64,000 bases of DNA from Candidatus Micrarchaeota archaeon (GCA_046536795.1 JAWDMB010000003.1:35645-99644); one strand, 5' to 3'. Counted from the stretch's first letter, positions 19,559 through 29,762 are shown. The notes: a model not told the origin generated them from the sequence alone. Numbers and translations: made by a program.

Positions 19559-19810
19559 TCAGAGAGATTTTCTGTCTACAACTATAAAGTCATTTACAGC
19601 AAGCACAGAATTGTAGTTTATCTTTAGCTTGCCATCCTTTACATCGAGCTTGTTTACGAACTCGCTATCAGCATTAGCATCTATTATCATTGCTGTAAGC
19701 TTTCCTGTAACTTCATTGACCTCTGCATCAAGGAACTTTCCTAGGTCAAAGCCATCGTTTGTTATAACCTCTTTTCCAACTAGCTCCTCTGCGGCTATAT
19801 ATTTTACCAT
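19559..19810 (-). CDS. PRC-barrel domain protein
   Basis: EELVGKEVITNDGFDLGKFLD...TGKL...VLAVNDFIVVD; standalone 83-aa PRC barrel. Confidence 0.88.
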   Translation of the reverse strand: MVKYIAAEELVGKEVITNDGFDLGKFLDAEVNEVTGKLTAMIIDANADSEFVNKLDVKDGKLKINYNSVLAVNDFIVVDRKSL

Positions 19811-19910
19811 ACAAACACACCCTCTTTGTATTTAAATTATTTTAATAGTTAAGATTTTATATATTTATGTTTTTATCGAGAAAATGAGAACAAAAGAAAA
19901 AGGTGAATTT

Positions 19911-20243
19911 ATGAAGGATTTTGGAAGTTTATTCTTCAAGGAAAAACAAGTAAAGGCGTTTCTACTCATGGCAAGCACAAATAACCAGCAAGAGTGGAAT
20001 ATCTCCAATTTAGCCAAAAGCTCAGGAATGACTTATGTGCATTTAAGCAGATTTATAAACGAGTGCGAGAAAACAGGATTGGTAGAGAGCACAAGGCATG
20101 GTAGGATAAAGGGGATAAAGCTAACATCAAAAGGTATTGAAGTGGCTAACCATCTATCAAGTATATCAAACTCATTAGGCAAAGAGAAAGCGGAGCATGC
20201 AGAAGCAGAAAAAGAAGCCGAACCTAAACAACCTCAACAATAG
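19911..20243 (+). CDS. Winged-helix transcriptional regulator
   Basis: ATG at 19911 follows a GGTGA SD; NISNLAKSSGMTYVHLSRFINECEKTGLVESTRHGRIKGIKLTSKG. Confidence 0.8.
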   Translation: MKDFGSLFFKEKQVKAFLLMASTNNQQEWNISNLAKSSGMTYVHLSRFINECEKTGLVESTRHGRIKGIKLTSKGIEVANHLSSISNSLGKEKAEHAEAEKEAEPKQPQQ

Positions 20244-20637
20244 ATCTCTTCTTCATTGCATTAAGCACATGGCCATAATCTCTGTAGTGCGCAAATGCTG
20301 TAAGAACAAGAGTGTACTCACCTTTTTCTGTGCCTGAATTACTGTATATATCTGCCCTTACTTCTTTTTCTTCGTTTGGTGCAAGCTCACCTATTCTTAT
20401 TTCTTTAGTATTTGCAAGGCCCATCTCATCGAAACTTATTCCTTTTGGAAGCTCGATAACAATAGAGCTCAAAAGGGGCTCGTTTGTCATATTTTTTACC
20501 CTTATAAGCATCATAACGCTGCTCTTTCTGTTCGCATAGAGCTTATAAGGCACAAGCTCTGTCATAATCCTATATGGCGCTTGCTTTGATAAATCTGCAG
20601 ATACGTCTTTCTTCCCAAAAAGGCTAAATAGTTTCAT
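20224..20637 (-). CDS. Hypothetical protein, probable Ig-like beta-sandwich
   Basis: Alternating beta pattern (IRVKN...IELPKGISF...IGELAPNEEKEV...GEYTLVLTA); start taken at ATG 20637. Confidence 0.6.
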   Translation of the reverse strand: MKLFSLFGKKDVSADLSKQAPYRIMTELVPYKLYANRKSSVMMLIRVKNMTNEPLLSSIVIELPKGISFDEMGLANTKEIRIGELAPNEEKEVRADIYSNSGTEKGEYTLVLTAFAHYRDYGHVLNAMKKRSIVEVV

Positions 20638-20730
20638 AGGGCCACCTCGAATATAAATAGACAACAAAATTATTTAATTTTTACTAAGAAAGAGAATGAT
20701 AATAAAAATAAAAATAAGATAAAAGAAAAA

Positions 20731-22239
20731 TCAGCTTGCTGTTGTGTTGGCAGAAGCGTATGCTCCTTCTGTGCCGATTACTGAAACCCTGTAATGATCA
20801 CCTGGTATTACAGCTATTGTTATGTGACCGTTTGCAAAGCTTATCTTGCCATCAAATGTTAGTGTAGCGCTTCCGTGTGCAGGTATTGTGTAGCTGTTGT
20901 TAAACTCCTGATAGAGTTCTGCAATATCTTCGCTTTCGTTTGCATTAATAGAAGCTATGCCGTTTGGTGCGTACCTGATAAATGGCAGTACAAGTGTACC
21001 GTTCTGCGTAGCGACGAAATTAAGTACTCTAAAGTGCTCAGCGTCTATAGAAACCCTTATTTGACCTATATCATTGGCTATTCCTATGTTGCCTAGTATT
21101 GAGTTGAATGCAGGGCTTTTGTTTTCGATCATATTTTCAAGCTCTTTTTCCGATATATTAAAGTTGTGTATACTCTTCATTATTTTTGATATGTTTTCTG
21201 GCGAAAGCCTTGTTGAGGAATTTAATGATATGTTAAACTCGCTTCTAAGCCTCGCTATCTCGCTCTGATTAATACCTAGTATTTTTGAAGCGTTTCCTAG
21301 AGTCATGTTAGTGAATGCGCCCAAATTAAAATTGCCGTTTCCTATATTAAAGTTGCTATATCCTGGCATTTCCATGCCTGTATTTAATGTATCGTTTGAA
21401 AATCTTCTTACATCTATCTGCCTGTCCTCTATTTTTATATTTGCAAAGCTTGTGTTTATTGATATGCTCTCATTTCCAAAGAGCAGTACATGCCTTATCC
21501 TTACGCTTGTATTTGCATTGTTTACCACACTTACCTTAAACAATGTTATATTATTGCTCTCTGAAAGAGAGATGCTAGAGATGGTTATATTTGGCTTTAT
21601 AGATTCAAGCTCATGCTTCTCTGTGTAGTTTATTGCGACTTTTGCTCCAACTGTAGTTGAGGCGCTTCCAGGCACTACCACTGCCCTAAGAGAAGGCACA
21701 AGCACAAAGATAACAGAATTGTTTGTATATATTGAAGCCACAACAGGTGTTATATCTATTAAGGCGCTCGCTGTGCCGTTTACTTTCTGAGTGTTTGAGA
21801 CGTGTACTATAATTTGCTTGCTTGGAACGGTAACATTGTATGTATTATTGTCGATTGTTATTGTGGCGCTAGTTATATTGAACTTAACCATATCAACTGT
21901 AGAATTCTTTGGTATATTTACACTTCCTATAATCTGGCTTATATTGACTAGCGATAGTAAGTTAACAGACCCGGTGTTAGTTGAGCTAACCCATTCACTA
22001 GTGCCATTAGCTAGCAACACATGTGCACTCAGTGAAGAGTAACTTATAACTAAGGCCTGGGTATTGTTTGGAACCTGTGGTGGGTCAATAAGCTGAAATG
22101 TTAGCAAGCTCGTAGCCACAGGCGCAGACAAAGGTAAAGTTGTGGTTATTGATGTTGTCGAAGGCTTGCCCATTAAAAGCGCTATCCCGATTACTAAGAT
22201 AACTATTATTATACCGGCAACTATCTCTGCCTTATTCAT
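20731..22239 (-). CDS. Membrane-anchored surface protein with DUF4382-like domain
   Basis: N-terminal TM segment, Thr/Ser linker, LIDPPQVP...VNLLSL... region, many N-x-S/T sequons; ATG at 22239 follows GTGA. Confidence 0.7.
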   Translation of the reverse strand: MNKAEIVAGIIIVILVIGIALLMGKPSTTSITTTLPLSAPVATSLLTFQLIDPPQVPNNTQALVISYSSLSAHVLLANGTSEWVSSTNTGSVNLLSLVNISQIIGSVNIPKNSTVDMVKFNITSATITIDNNTYNVTVPSKQIIVHVSNTQKVNGTASALIDITPVVASIYTNNSVIFVLVPSLRAVVVPGSASTTVGAKVAINYTEKHELESIKPNITISSISLSESNNITLFKVSVVNNANTSVRIRHVLLFGNESISINTSFANIKIEDRQIDVRRFSNDTLNTGMEMPGYSNFNIGNGNFNLGAFTNMTLGNASKILGINQSEIARLRSEFNISLNSSTRLSPENISKIMKSIHNFNISEKELENMIENKSPAFNSILGNIGIANDIGQIRVSIDAEHFRVLNFVATQNGTLVLPFIRYAPNGIASINANESEDIAELYQEFNNSYTIPAHGSATLTFDGKISFANGHITIAVIPGDHYRVSVIGTEGAYASANTTAS

Positions 22240-22325
22240 AGAATCACTATTTATTATAGTAATTGACAATAATAAAAAACCTTCTCATTTTTTAAGTTTT
22301 TAAATAAAGTTTGGCTTGTGATATT

Positions 22326-22838
22326 TTGAAAGGACAAAAAAGAACAGCTATAGGAATATTAGCTGCCTTAATAATATTATTAACCCTTAGCCTTACGTTC
22401 CAGCAAAAGGCAACGACAAATCAGCTCTCGCTACTGAAGAGCTGCAACCTCACAATAATAGCAAGCAACAACACATATAATACCACAATATATGAAGCGA
22501 TAACTCAGGCAGAGCAGGAGCAAGGCTATATGAACGTATCGATTATTGGAAAAAATGTAGAATGTAAAAGTAATTGTGGCATGCTCTTTCCATTCAATGC
22601 ATCGCAGGAGTCATGCTTTTGGATGAAGAATACAGAGTTTCCGATAAAGCAGATTTGGCTTAACAACAGTGGCGGTGAAGCTAAAGTTGTATATATAGAA
22701 AACGCTAGCCCGTATAGCACTAATATTGTGTGTGCATATGGCAATGCTGTGTTGGAGCTTCCAATGAATTATACAATAGGCAACCTCAATGTTTCAAAGA
22801 TAGGGTATAATGATTTATTTTATTTCAAGAACTGCTGA
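22326..22838 (+). CDS. DUF192 family exported protein
   Basis: Signal/TM segment then GMLFPF...FWMKNTEFPI...VLELP motifs; TTG start inferred from an upstream GTGA. Confidence 0.8.
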   Translation: MKGQKRTAIGILAALIILLTLSLTFQQKATTNQLSLLKSCNLTIIASNNTYNTTIYEAITQAEQEQGYMNVSIIGKNVECKSNCGMLFPFNASQESCFWMKNTEFPIKQIWLNNSGGEAKVVYIENASPYSTNIVCAYGNAVLELPMNYTIGNLNVSKIGYNDLFYFKNC

Positions 22839-22922
22839 AAAATAAAAATTAACATTTGTATAACCCAGTAATAAGGTATTTATATTTTTGCCTTCATTCT
22901 TTTAAGGTCCTACGTGATTTTT

Positions 22923-24170
22923 ATGGATTACTATGAAGAAGCAATAAAGCTTGCAAGAACATATAGGGGCAAGATAAGCATAAAGCCTAAAATGAAGATT
23001 AAAAAGCAGAGAGACTTCTCGCTATTATATACGCCAGGAGTAGCCGCCGTTTCAAAAGCGATAAAAGAAAAAGGAGAGAGGTTTCTTACATACAAATGGA
23101 ATAGCATTGCGATAGTAACTGATGGCACGCGTGTTCTTGGCTTAGGCAATATAGGTCCAGATGCGGCAATGCCTGTAATGGAAGGTAAGGCCCTTCTCTT
23201 CAAGCACCTTGGAGGTGTTGATGCCATACCCATAACGCTAAGCGTAACAGATAAAGACAAGATAGTTGAAGCGGTCAAAGCGATTGCGCCATCCTTTAGC
23301 GGTATAAATCTAGAGGATATAGAATCACCTAAAGCCTTTGAGATACTTGAGATTTTGCAGAAAGAGTTAAACATACCTGTATGGCATGACGACAACCAAG
23401 GCACAGCAGCTGCTGCGCTTGCTGCACTTATCAATGCACTAAAATTTGTTGGCAAAAAGCCAGAGGAAGTAAAGATAGCTTTTATAGGTGCGGGTACAGC
23501 CAACATATCAACATATAGGCTGTTTAAAACATATGGTGTAAAGCCAGGCAATACCATATTTGTAGATACAAAAGGTGTTCTTTTTAGAGGTAGAGCTGAT
23601 GAGAACGAGCTTAGTAAGAGCAACCCATACAAATATAGTGTAATGCAAGAGACAAATAGTGAAAATATATCGACAATAGAAGATGCGGTAAAAGGGGCTG
23701 ACGTAATAATAGGTGCATCATCGCCCGGTGCAATAAAGAAAGAATACATAAAGAGTATGAATAGCAAGCCCATTGTATTCGCACTTGCAAATCCGGAACC
23801 AGAGATAACAAGAAAGGAAGCACTTAAGGCTGGTGCAGCTATATATTGTAGTGGTAGAAGCGATATGCCAAATCAGGTGAACAATTCTTTAATATTTCCA
23901 GGACTGTTTAGGGGCGTTTTAGACGTCCAGGCAAGTAAGATTACGGATTCACTTGCTATAGCTGCGGCAACTGAGCTTGCAAAATATGCAGAGCAAAAAG
24001 GTCTAGACAAAGATTATATAATACCAAAAATGAGCGAGGAAGAAGTATACTTTAGGATAGCCGCTGCTGTTGGCGTTGAAGCGCAGAGATCCGGCATTGC
24101 ATCTACAAACAAAAGCTACGATGAGCTATACGAAGAAGCGAAGGAGATGATTCTTAAAGAAAGAAAGTAA
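22923..24170 (+). CDS. NAD(P)-dependent malic enzyme
   Basis: YTPGVA, TDGTRVLGLGNIG, PVMEGKA, INLEDI, HDD.QGT, GAGTA, FALANP, QVNN.LIFPG motifs. Confidence 0.95.
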   Translation: MDYYEEAIKLARTYRGKISIKPKMKIKKQRDFSLLYTPGVAAVSKAIKEKGERFLTYKWNSIAIVTDGTRVLGLGNIGPDAAMPVMEGKALLFKHLGGVDAIPITLSVTDKDKIVEAVKAIAPSFSGINLEDIESPKAFEILEILQKELNIPVWHDDNQGTAAAALAALINALKFVGKKPEEVKIAFIGAGTANISTYRLFKTYGVKPGNTIFVDTKGVLFRGRADENELSKSNPYKYSVMQETNSENISTIEDAVKGADVIIGASSPGAIKKEYIKSMNSKPIVFALANPEPEITRKEALKAGAAIYCSGRSDMPNQVNNSLIFPGLFRGVLDVQASKITDSLAIAAATELAKYAEQKGLDKDYIIPKMSEEEVYFRIAAAVGVEAQRSGIASTNKSYDELYEEAKEMILKERK

Positions 24171-24437
24171 TTAGTAAACATCGCCGTTCTCTTCCTTCTT
24201 TTTATCTTCGTAAGGCGCAACAACTCTTCTGTAAAACTCCTGCTTTATGCACTCAAGCACACCGATGGCCCTGTTATAATTGAAATACCTGGGCTTGTAA
24301 AGGCTTGCTAGAACTCTGGTAAAAGCATAGTTTATCTGACCATCAACCTCTTCTGTGCCCTTCGTTTTGAGAAAGTCGATCAAAGGCTGCAACAGCTTAT
24401 CAAGCTCCTGTCTCTCTTCTTTCTTTATATAAGGCAT
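24171..24437 (-). CDS. DUF6899-like small protein
   Basis: MPYIK..R...G.INY..T...RY..YN.AIGVLEC.KQEFYRR..APYED.K..ENGDVY pattern (family assignment from recall). Confidence 0.7.
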   Translation of the reverse strand: MPYIKKEERQELDKLLQPLIDFLKTKGTEEVDGQINYAFTRVLASLYKPRYFNYNRAIGVLECIKQEFYRRVVAPYEDKKKEENGDVY

Positions 24438-24675
24438 AAGACCACCCGATTAAATTCTAAATAGGAGATGCAATGCCATCATATTAGCTTTCATCTCTGC
24501 CTGCTTCAGTTCTTGGAGTGAAATTTGACTCTGTATTTGTTCTTTTTTAGAGCTTGCGTGAGATAGCAGATGAAACCGGTAAAATATCGTCAAAAGTGAG
24601 GCCCCCATATTTTGACAATACAATTTAGATTTAACTCTGGTTCTTAAAAACCTTTCTCAAAATTTATCTTTTGCT

Positions 24676-25269
24676 TTAAAACTTGCTGGCCCTGTAGCTC
24701 AATACAAGCCCATAATGGTTTGGGCTTGGCTGAAATTCCTTCTCAAGCTTAAAATCCTTGAATATGCTTATATAGTCTTCTTTGCTTAGCCTTATGCTAA
24801 GTGGTGGTCCAAAAGGTGTTTCTTTTTTCTCCCAATCTATTATTACTACTTTGCCGCTATCATTTAGAATGCGCTTTATTTCATTATATACCTCATCTTT
24901 TTGCATATCGTGAAAAGAGTTTGCAAGCAGTATTGCATCAACACTTTTAGAAGGGATTGAAGTATGTGCAGCATCTTCTACAAGAAATATTACATTACTC
25001 CCATTCACAGCTTTCTTTGCTTCTTCTATTGCTTCGGCGCTTGAATCAACGCAGTAGAGCTGTTCAGCAAGCTTCTGTAAGTATTTGCAGTAGAAGCCAG
25101 CACCACAGCCAAGTTCTGCTACCACTTTTGCACCTTCCATTATTGGTTGCAGGTATATCTCGGGCTTCTCCATAGCTTCGCGCATAGAATTACTCATTCT
25201 ATGAAACCCATGGCCATGCATATGGCCAAAATGCTTGCTTGCCTTAGCTACATTATTTTTATCTTCCAT
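24676..25269 (-). CDS. Class I SAM methyltransferase with His-rich N-terminus
   Basis: ELGCGAG motif I, VDS, DAILLANSFH, GKVVIIDW; N-terminal HFGHMHGHGFH. Confidence 0.85.
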   Translation of the reverse strand: MEDKNNVAKASKHFGHMHGHGFHRMSNSMREAMEKPEIYLQPIMEGAKVVAELGCGAGFYCKYLQKLAEQLYCVDSSAEAIEEAKKAVNGSNVIFLVEDAAHTSIPSKSVDAILLANSFHDMQKDEVYNEIKRILNDSGKVVIIDWEKKETPFGPPLSIRLSKEDYISIFKDFKLEKEFQPSPNHYGLVLSYRASKF

Positions 25270-25273
25270 ATAA

Positions 25274-26461
25274 TCACAAAAATTTCAGGACAACTTTTGT
25301 GTCGCTGATTATGTTGCTTATTTTTGCATATTCATTTGGGCTATGCGCAGTCTCATCTATTGTCATCCATACTATTGAAGGCATGCCGATTTTCCTAAAA
25401 TATTTCGCAACTGTGCCTCCCCCTATACCTAAAAGCTTAGGTTCAACATTTTTTACAGCCTTTACCGCATCTGAAAATTCTTTAACAAATGCACCGCTTG
25501 TTGGTTTAGGTGCATCTTCACGGGAAACAATGCTTATGTTTATTTTACAGCCATGCGCTTTTGAAAAAATAGCTGCAGTCTTTCTAATAAGAGAAAGTAC
25601 AGTATCTACTCTATACCTCGGCAGTATTCTGCAATCAAAGTACTGCACATCGGTACCTGGTATTGTATTGATATTAGGCACATTCTGCTCTTTCTTTGTA
25701 GGCTCGAATGTTGAAACTGGAGGCTCGAAGAGCATATCCTTGCTATTGAATCTTTTATGGAGTATATCATAGAGCTCTGAATAAAAGAGCATGCCAAGCC
25801 TATTTGCATTGAGTCCTTTTTCAGGCGTAGAACCATGGCTTTGCTTGCCTATAACCTCGAACCTAAGCCAGAGTATATGCTTCTCTGCTATTTCTATCAT
25901 AGAACCGTCACTATTGCCACCGTCAGGCACCAATGCAAAATCTTTCTTTGAAAATATTTTTTTATTTATAAGGTACTGCGCACCGTATACACTTCCTACT
26001 TCTTCATCAGCCACAAATGCAAGGCCAAGCCTAAAACGTGGCTCTACATTTGCTTCAACAATATGCTTTGCTACACCTAATGCGAGCATTATACCCTGCC
26101 CATTGTCCTCTGTACCCCTACCATAAACATAATCTCCTTTTATTACAGCCTCAAACGGCTTTGTCTTCCATAATGAAATATCGCCCTCAGGCACAACATC
26201 TGTATGAGCAACTATCCAAAATGCCTTTTTATTGCTTGGGCCATACATTGCCACAAGATTTGGCCTTATAGCACCATGCGAATCTTTGACATTATACCAT
26301 TTTGCCTTAATGCCCATCTCAGATAGCACACCTTCTATATACTTTGCCTTTTCATATTCACCCACGCCACCCGACTCTGGCGATATGGCCTTTATTGGTA
26401 TCATTTCCTTATATGTCTTTTTTATAAACTCTACATAATCGTCGTCTAATTTCAAATCCAT
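25274..26461 (-). CDS. M20 family metallo-hydrolase (DapE/ArgE-like)
   Basis: AHTDVVP, YGRGTEDN, DEE, PDG, HGS, GGGT, AHSPNE motifs. Confidence 0.92.
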   Translation of the reverse strand: MDLKLDDDYVEFIKKTYKEMIPIKAISPESGGVGEYEKAKYIEGVLSEMGIKAKWYNVKDSHGAIRPNLVAMYGPSNKKAFWIVAHTDVVPEGDISLWKTKPFEAVIKGDYVYGRGTEDNGQGIMLALGVAKHIVEANVEPRFRLGLAFVADEEVGSVYGAQYLINKKIFSKKDFALVPDGGNSDGSMIEIAEKHILWLRFEVIGKQSHGSTPEKGLNANRLGMLFYSELYDILHKRFNSKDMLFEPPVSTFEPTKKEQNVPNINTIPGTDVQYFDCRILPRYRVDTVLSLIRKTAAIFSKAHGCKINISIVSREDAPKPTSGAFVKEFSDAVKAVKNVEPKLLGIGGGTVAKYFRKIGMPSIVWMTIDETAHSPNEYAKISNIISDTKVVLKFL

Positions 26462-26599
26462 TTCAATCTCATTTAATATTCTGAATCAGATTTTTATTTT
26501 TATTGCATTATTTTAGTAGAGATCATAAAAAGGTGTATAATTATATATACGAGACCCGCGCAATGATTTAATCCAAAAAGAGGGTTTTTAAAATTCGAT

Positions 26600-28612
26600 A
26601 TGCTAAGTTTATGCGAGAATATGCTCAGGAATACACATTCTTATAATATAAGTTCTGTGGAAAATGCCGAGGATATAGGCTTTAAGATATCAAACATGGA
26701 TTTGCATGTTGATCCATTTGATGATTTCTATAATTATGCATGTGGCACATGGCTAAAGCGAAGAAAAATACCAAAGGATTTACCTCGCATAAACTCATTT
26801 TACGAACTCAAGAATATTACTTATAAAAAATTGAAATTAATACTTCTTTCTTGTATAAATGAGCCGTCAAAGTTCAAGAACGGAAAGCTTTTGGCTGATT
26901 TTTATCAATCGTATATTGATATAAGGACAAGAGAGCGCCTGAAGTTCGGCCCTATTAAGTACATAATTGAAAGAATAGATGCATTGAGAAGTAAGGATGA
27001 ACTACCTAAGCTTATTGCCTTCCTTATGCTGAACGCTGTAAATACATTTATAAGCTTTGATCCAAGCCCCGATGAAAAAAATAGTAGCATATATGCACTT
27101 CATATCTACCAAAGTGGGCTTAGCCTTCCTGAAAAGAGTTATTACATAGAGGATCTGTTTAAGAAAGTAAGATCAGATTTCAGGAAAAACATAATCAAAA
27201 TGTTCAGGCTTTATGGCGTTAGCATCGCTGAAGCGCAAAGGGCTGCTGATGCGGTAATAAAAATAGAGACAAAAATTGCGAAGATTAGCAGAAGCGAAGA
27301 GGAGCTACGCGACGTATTAAAGAATTATAACAAGATGAGCATTAATGAGTTTAGAAGAAGGTTTGCGTATCTAAATTTGGATGAATTACTAAATGGAATT
27401 GTAACTAAACTTCCCAATTACTTAATAGTTGGCCAGCCAGAGTTTCTTAGTGGCTTGGAAAAAATTATAGAAGAAGAAAATATAGATGACATAAAGTTTT
27501 ATTTGAAGTGGCATGTACTAAAATCAAAAGCAAATTTGCTTCATAAGAGGGCTGTGAAAACACTATTCCTCTTTTTTGGTAAACAACTTACAGGGCAGAA
27601 GAAGATGAAGCCGATGTGGCGTAGGGCAACTAACTTTATAATTGATACAATAGGGGATGCACTTTCTGAACTTTATATTAAAGAGTATTTTGATAAATCA
27701 ACCGAAGCAAAAGCAGTAAAGCTTGTAAACAACATAAGAAAGGCGTTTAGAAAAAGGCTGAGCAATGTAGCTTGGATGAGTCCATCTACAAAGAAAAAAG
27801 CTTTAGAAAAATTCGATGCAATGCGTGTAGAGATAGGTTACCCCGCAAAGTTCAGAGATTATTCAAGCATAAAGTCAAGCAAGAATGATCTAGTTGGTAA
27901 TTATATAAAAGCTTATCAGTTTGAGCTAAAAAGGGTTATGAGCAGGATAGGTAAGAAAGTTGATAAGAAGGAGTGGGATATGGAAGCATTTACTATAAAT
28001 GCATATTATGATTTATCAATGAATAAGATTGTTTTGCCTGCCGGAATTTTTCAGCCACCATTCTTCGACCCTAATTTGGATGATGCCATAAACTATGGTG
28101 GAATAGGCGGTGTAATAGGTCACGAGCTTACGCACGGCTTTGATGATCAAGGGAGCAAATACGATAAATATGGTAATGCAAAGGAATGGTGGACAACTAA
28201 GGATAGGGAAAAATTTAATGAAAAAGCGAAAGAGGTAGAAAAATTATATAGCTCTTTGGAAGTGCTTCCAGGTATACACGTAAATGGCAAACTTACCTTA
28301 GGTGAAAATATAGCAGATTTAGGGGGTATACATATTGCTTATGATGCACTGCATTATGCATTAAATGGCAAAAACCCAATAATAGATGGATTTACAGAAG
28401 AGCAACGTTTCTTTATCGCATGGGCACAAATTTGGAAGGAGAAATCAACAAACAAACTAAAAAAACTGCTTGCCAAAGTAGATCCACATCCGCCAGGAAG
28501 ATTTAGGGGGTTAATACCAGTAGTGACACATGGTGATTTTGAGCGTGTTTTCAAAGAGAAAAGTAAACTTAATGCACCAAAGTTTAGATACAGCGATGTT
28601 AATCTGTGGTAG
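26600..28612 (+). CDS. M13 family metallo-endopeptidase (PepO/neprilysin-like)
   Basis: DPFDDFYNYACG, NAYY, GGVIGHELTHGFDD, GENIAD, DPHPP motifs; no obvious signal peptide. Confidence 0.95.
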   Translation: MLSLCENMLRNTHSYNISSVENAEDIGFKISNMDLHVDPFDDFYNYACGTWLKRRKIPKDLPRINSFYELKNITYKKLKLILLSCINEPSKFKNGKLLADFYQSYIDIRTRERLKFGPIKYIIERIDALRSKDELPKLIAFLMLNAVNTFISFDPSPDEKNSSIYALHIYQSGLSLPEKSYYIEDLFKKVRSDFRKNIIKMFRLYGVSIAEAQRAADAVIKIETKIAKISRSEEELRDVLKNYNKMSINEFRRRFAYLNLDELLNGIVTKLPNYLIVGQPEFLSGLEKIIEEENIDDIKFYLKWHVLKSKANLLHKRAVKTLFLFFGKQLTGQKKMKPMWRRATNFIIDTIGDALSELYIKEYFDKSTEAKAVKLVNNIRKAFRKRLSNVAWMSPSTKKKALEKFDAMRVEIGYPAKFRDYSSIKSSKNDLVGNYIKAYQFELKRVMSRIGKKVDKKEWDMEAFTINAYYDLSMNKIVLPAGIFQPPFFDPNLDDAINYGGIGGVIGHELTHGFDDQGSKYDKYGNAKEWWTTKDREKFNEKAKEVEKLYSSLEVLPGIHVNGKLTLGENIADLGGIHIAYDALHYALNGKNPIIDGFTEEQRFFIAWAQIWKEKSTNKLKKLLAKVDPHPPGRFRGLIPVVTHGDFERVFKEKSKLNAPKFRYSDVNLW

Positions 28613-28668
28613 ATTATATTAATTTAAACTCCAGCTTTTGAGAAAAAGGTTTGAACTCCTATCGCTAA

Positions 28669-28776
28669 AGCCCTGAGAGGGGATTGAACCCTCGACCTCC
28701 TGTTTTCCCGTTTCTTGATTAAACTTCTTCTTAAGAAGTTTACAAGACAGGCGCTCTACCACTGAGCTACCAGGGC
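28669..28776 (-). tRNA. tRNA-Thr(TGT) with 36-nt intron (28705-28740) at 37/38
   Basis: Reverse complement reads GCCCTGG...CCTGT-CT-TGT-A[intron]A-ACAGG...GAGGG-TTCAATC-CCCTC-TCAGGGC-T; U73 discriminator; BHB central helix CUUG/CGGG. Confidence 0.92.
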
Positions 28777-28845
28777 GTCATTCTGATTATATTCTGATTA
28801 AGATCGTTTTAATTATTTAAATATTTTGCTTAATAAAAAGGCCGC

Positions 28846-29703
28846 TCAAAGAAGAGTAAATAAAAGATACCCTATAGTTGCCACTAAAAAACCAAATTTC
28901 TGCCTTACTGTTATCTTTTCGTGGTAAGCGATAAGGCCTATAAGCCAAATTATTATGGGCTCTGAAGAAAGAATAGCACTGCCAAGCACAACTTTGTTAC
29001 TAAATGAGACAAAGGCAAATGAGATATTGCCAAAGCCATCAAATAGTCCTGCAAGAATGAGAATGAGCATTATTGAAATTTCGGGCTTTGAAAGATTTAT
29101 TTTATAGTAATTTTTAGGCGGTTTTGCTTTGTAGTAGAGATAAGCAAAAAGTGCACCGAACATCCTTGCGAAAAGAAGGGGCAATACAAAGTTCTTGTAA
29201 TACAAAAACGCAAGTATTATTATGGCCCAGTATATTGCCCACATCACATTGCCCATAAGTGCTGGAACTAGCTGTTTATCGAGTTTAAACTTCTTGCTAA
29301 GCATGATAAACGAAATTCCTACGAATACTAGTATTATACTTGCAACCTTTTCGATACTTATATACTCTCCAAGAACAAAAATGCCCAAAAGTATGAGAAT
29401 GATTGGCTGAATTTCAAGTAATATATATGAGTTTGATACACCGCGAGATGGCACAGACTTATATATAAATATATAACCTAAAAAGAGCACAAGGCCACCA
29501 GAAAACCCGATGAAAAGCAAAAAGAGTATATTGCCTAAATAAGGAAAAGCTATAGCTAAAAGCAACATAGGTATAATACCAATCGTAAGTAGTATTAATG
29601 ATGACAGCTCTTTACCAAATCTATTTATGTATAACTTTGATACTGCATCTACAAATGACCAGGATAAAACTGCCAATAAGGATGCAATTATTATATATGT
29701 CAT
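28846..29703 (-). CDS. EamA/DMT family transporter
   Basis: About 10 TM segments in two EamA-like repeats (QPIILILLGIFVLGE; EPIIIWLIGLIAYHEK). Confidence 0.85.
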   Translation of the reverse strand: MTYIIIASLLAVLSWSFVDAVSKLYINRFGKELSSLILLTIGIIPMLLLAIAFPYLGNILFLLFIGFSGGLVLFLGYIFIYKSVPSRGVSNSYILLEIQPIILILLGIFVLGEYISIEKVASIILVFVGISFIMLSKKFKLDKQLVPALMGNVMWAIYWAIIILAFLYYKNFVLPLLFARMFGALFAYLYYKAKPPKNYYKINLSKPEISIMLILILAGLFDGFGNISFAFVSFSNKVVLGSAILSSEPIIIWLIGLIAYHEKITVRQKFGFLVATIGYLLFTLL

Positions 29704-29762
29704 AGGTTATTACTTTCCACACTCAGATATATATCTCTTTATATTAGGCTAATTTCTCATAG

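Noticed and set aside
24450-24608. 52-codon minus-strand ORF between the methyltransferase and DUF6899 genes
   Set aside because: No SD, motif or homology cue; could be chance.
28643-28660. T-arm-like remnant (GGAGTTCAAACC) just past tRNA-Thr as a possible att site
   Set aside because: Weak match to the tRNA's own 3' end, no distant copy found, and no integrase in the window.
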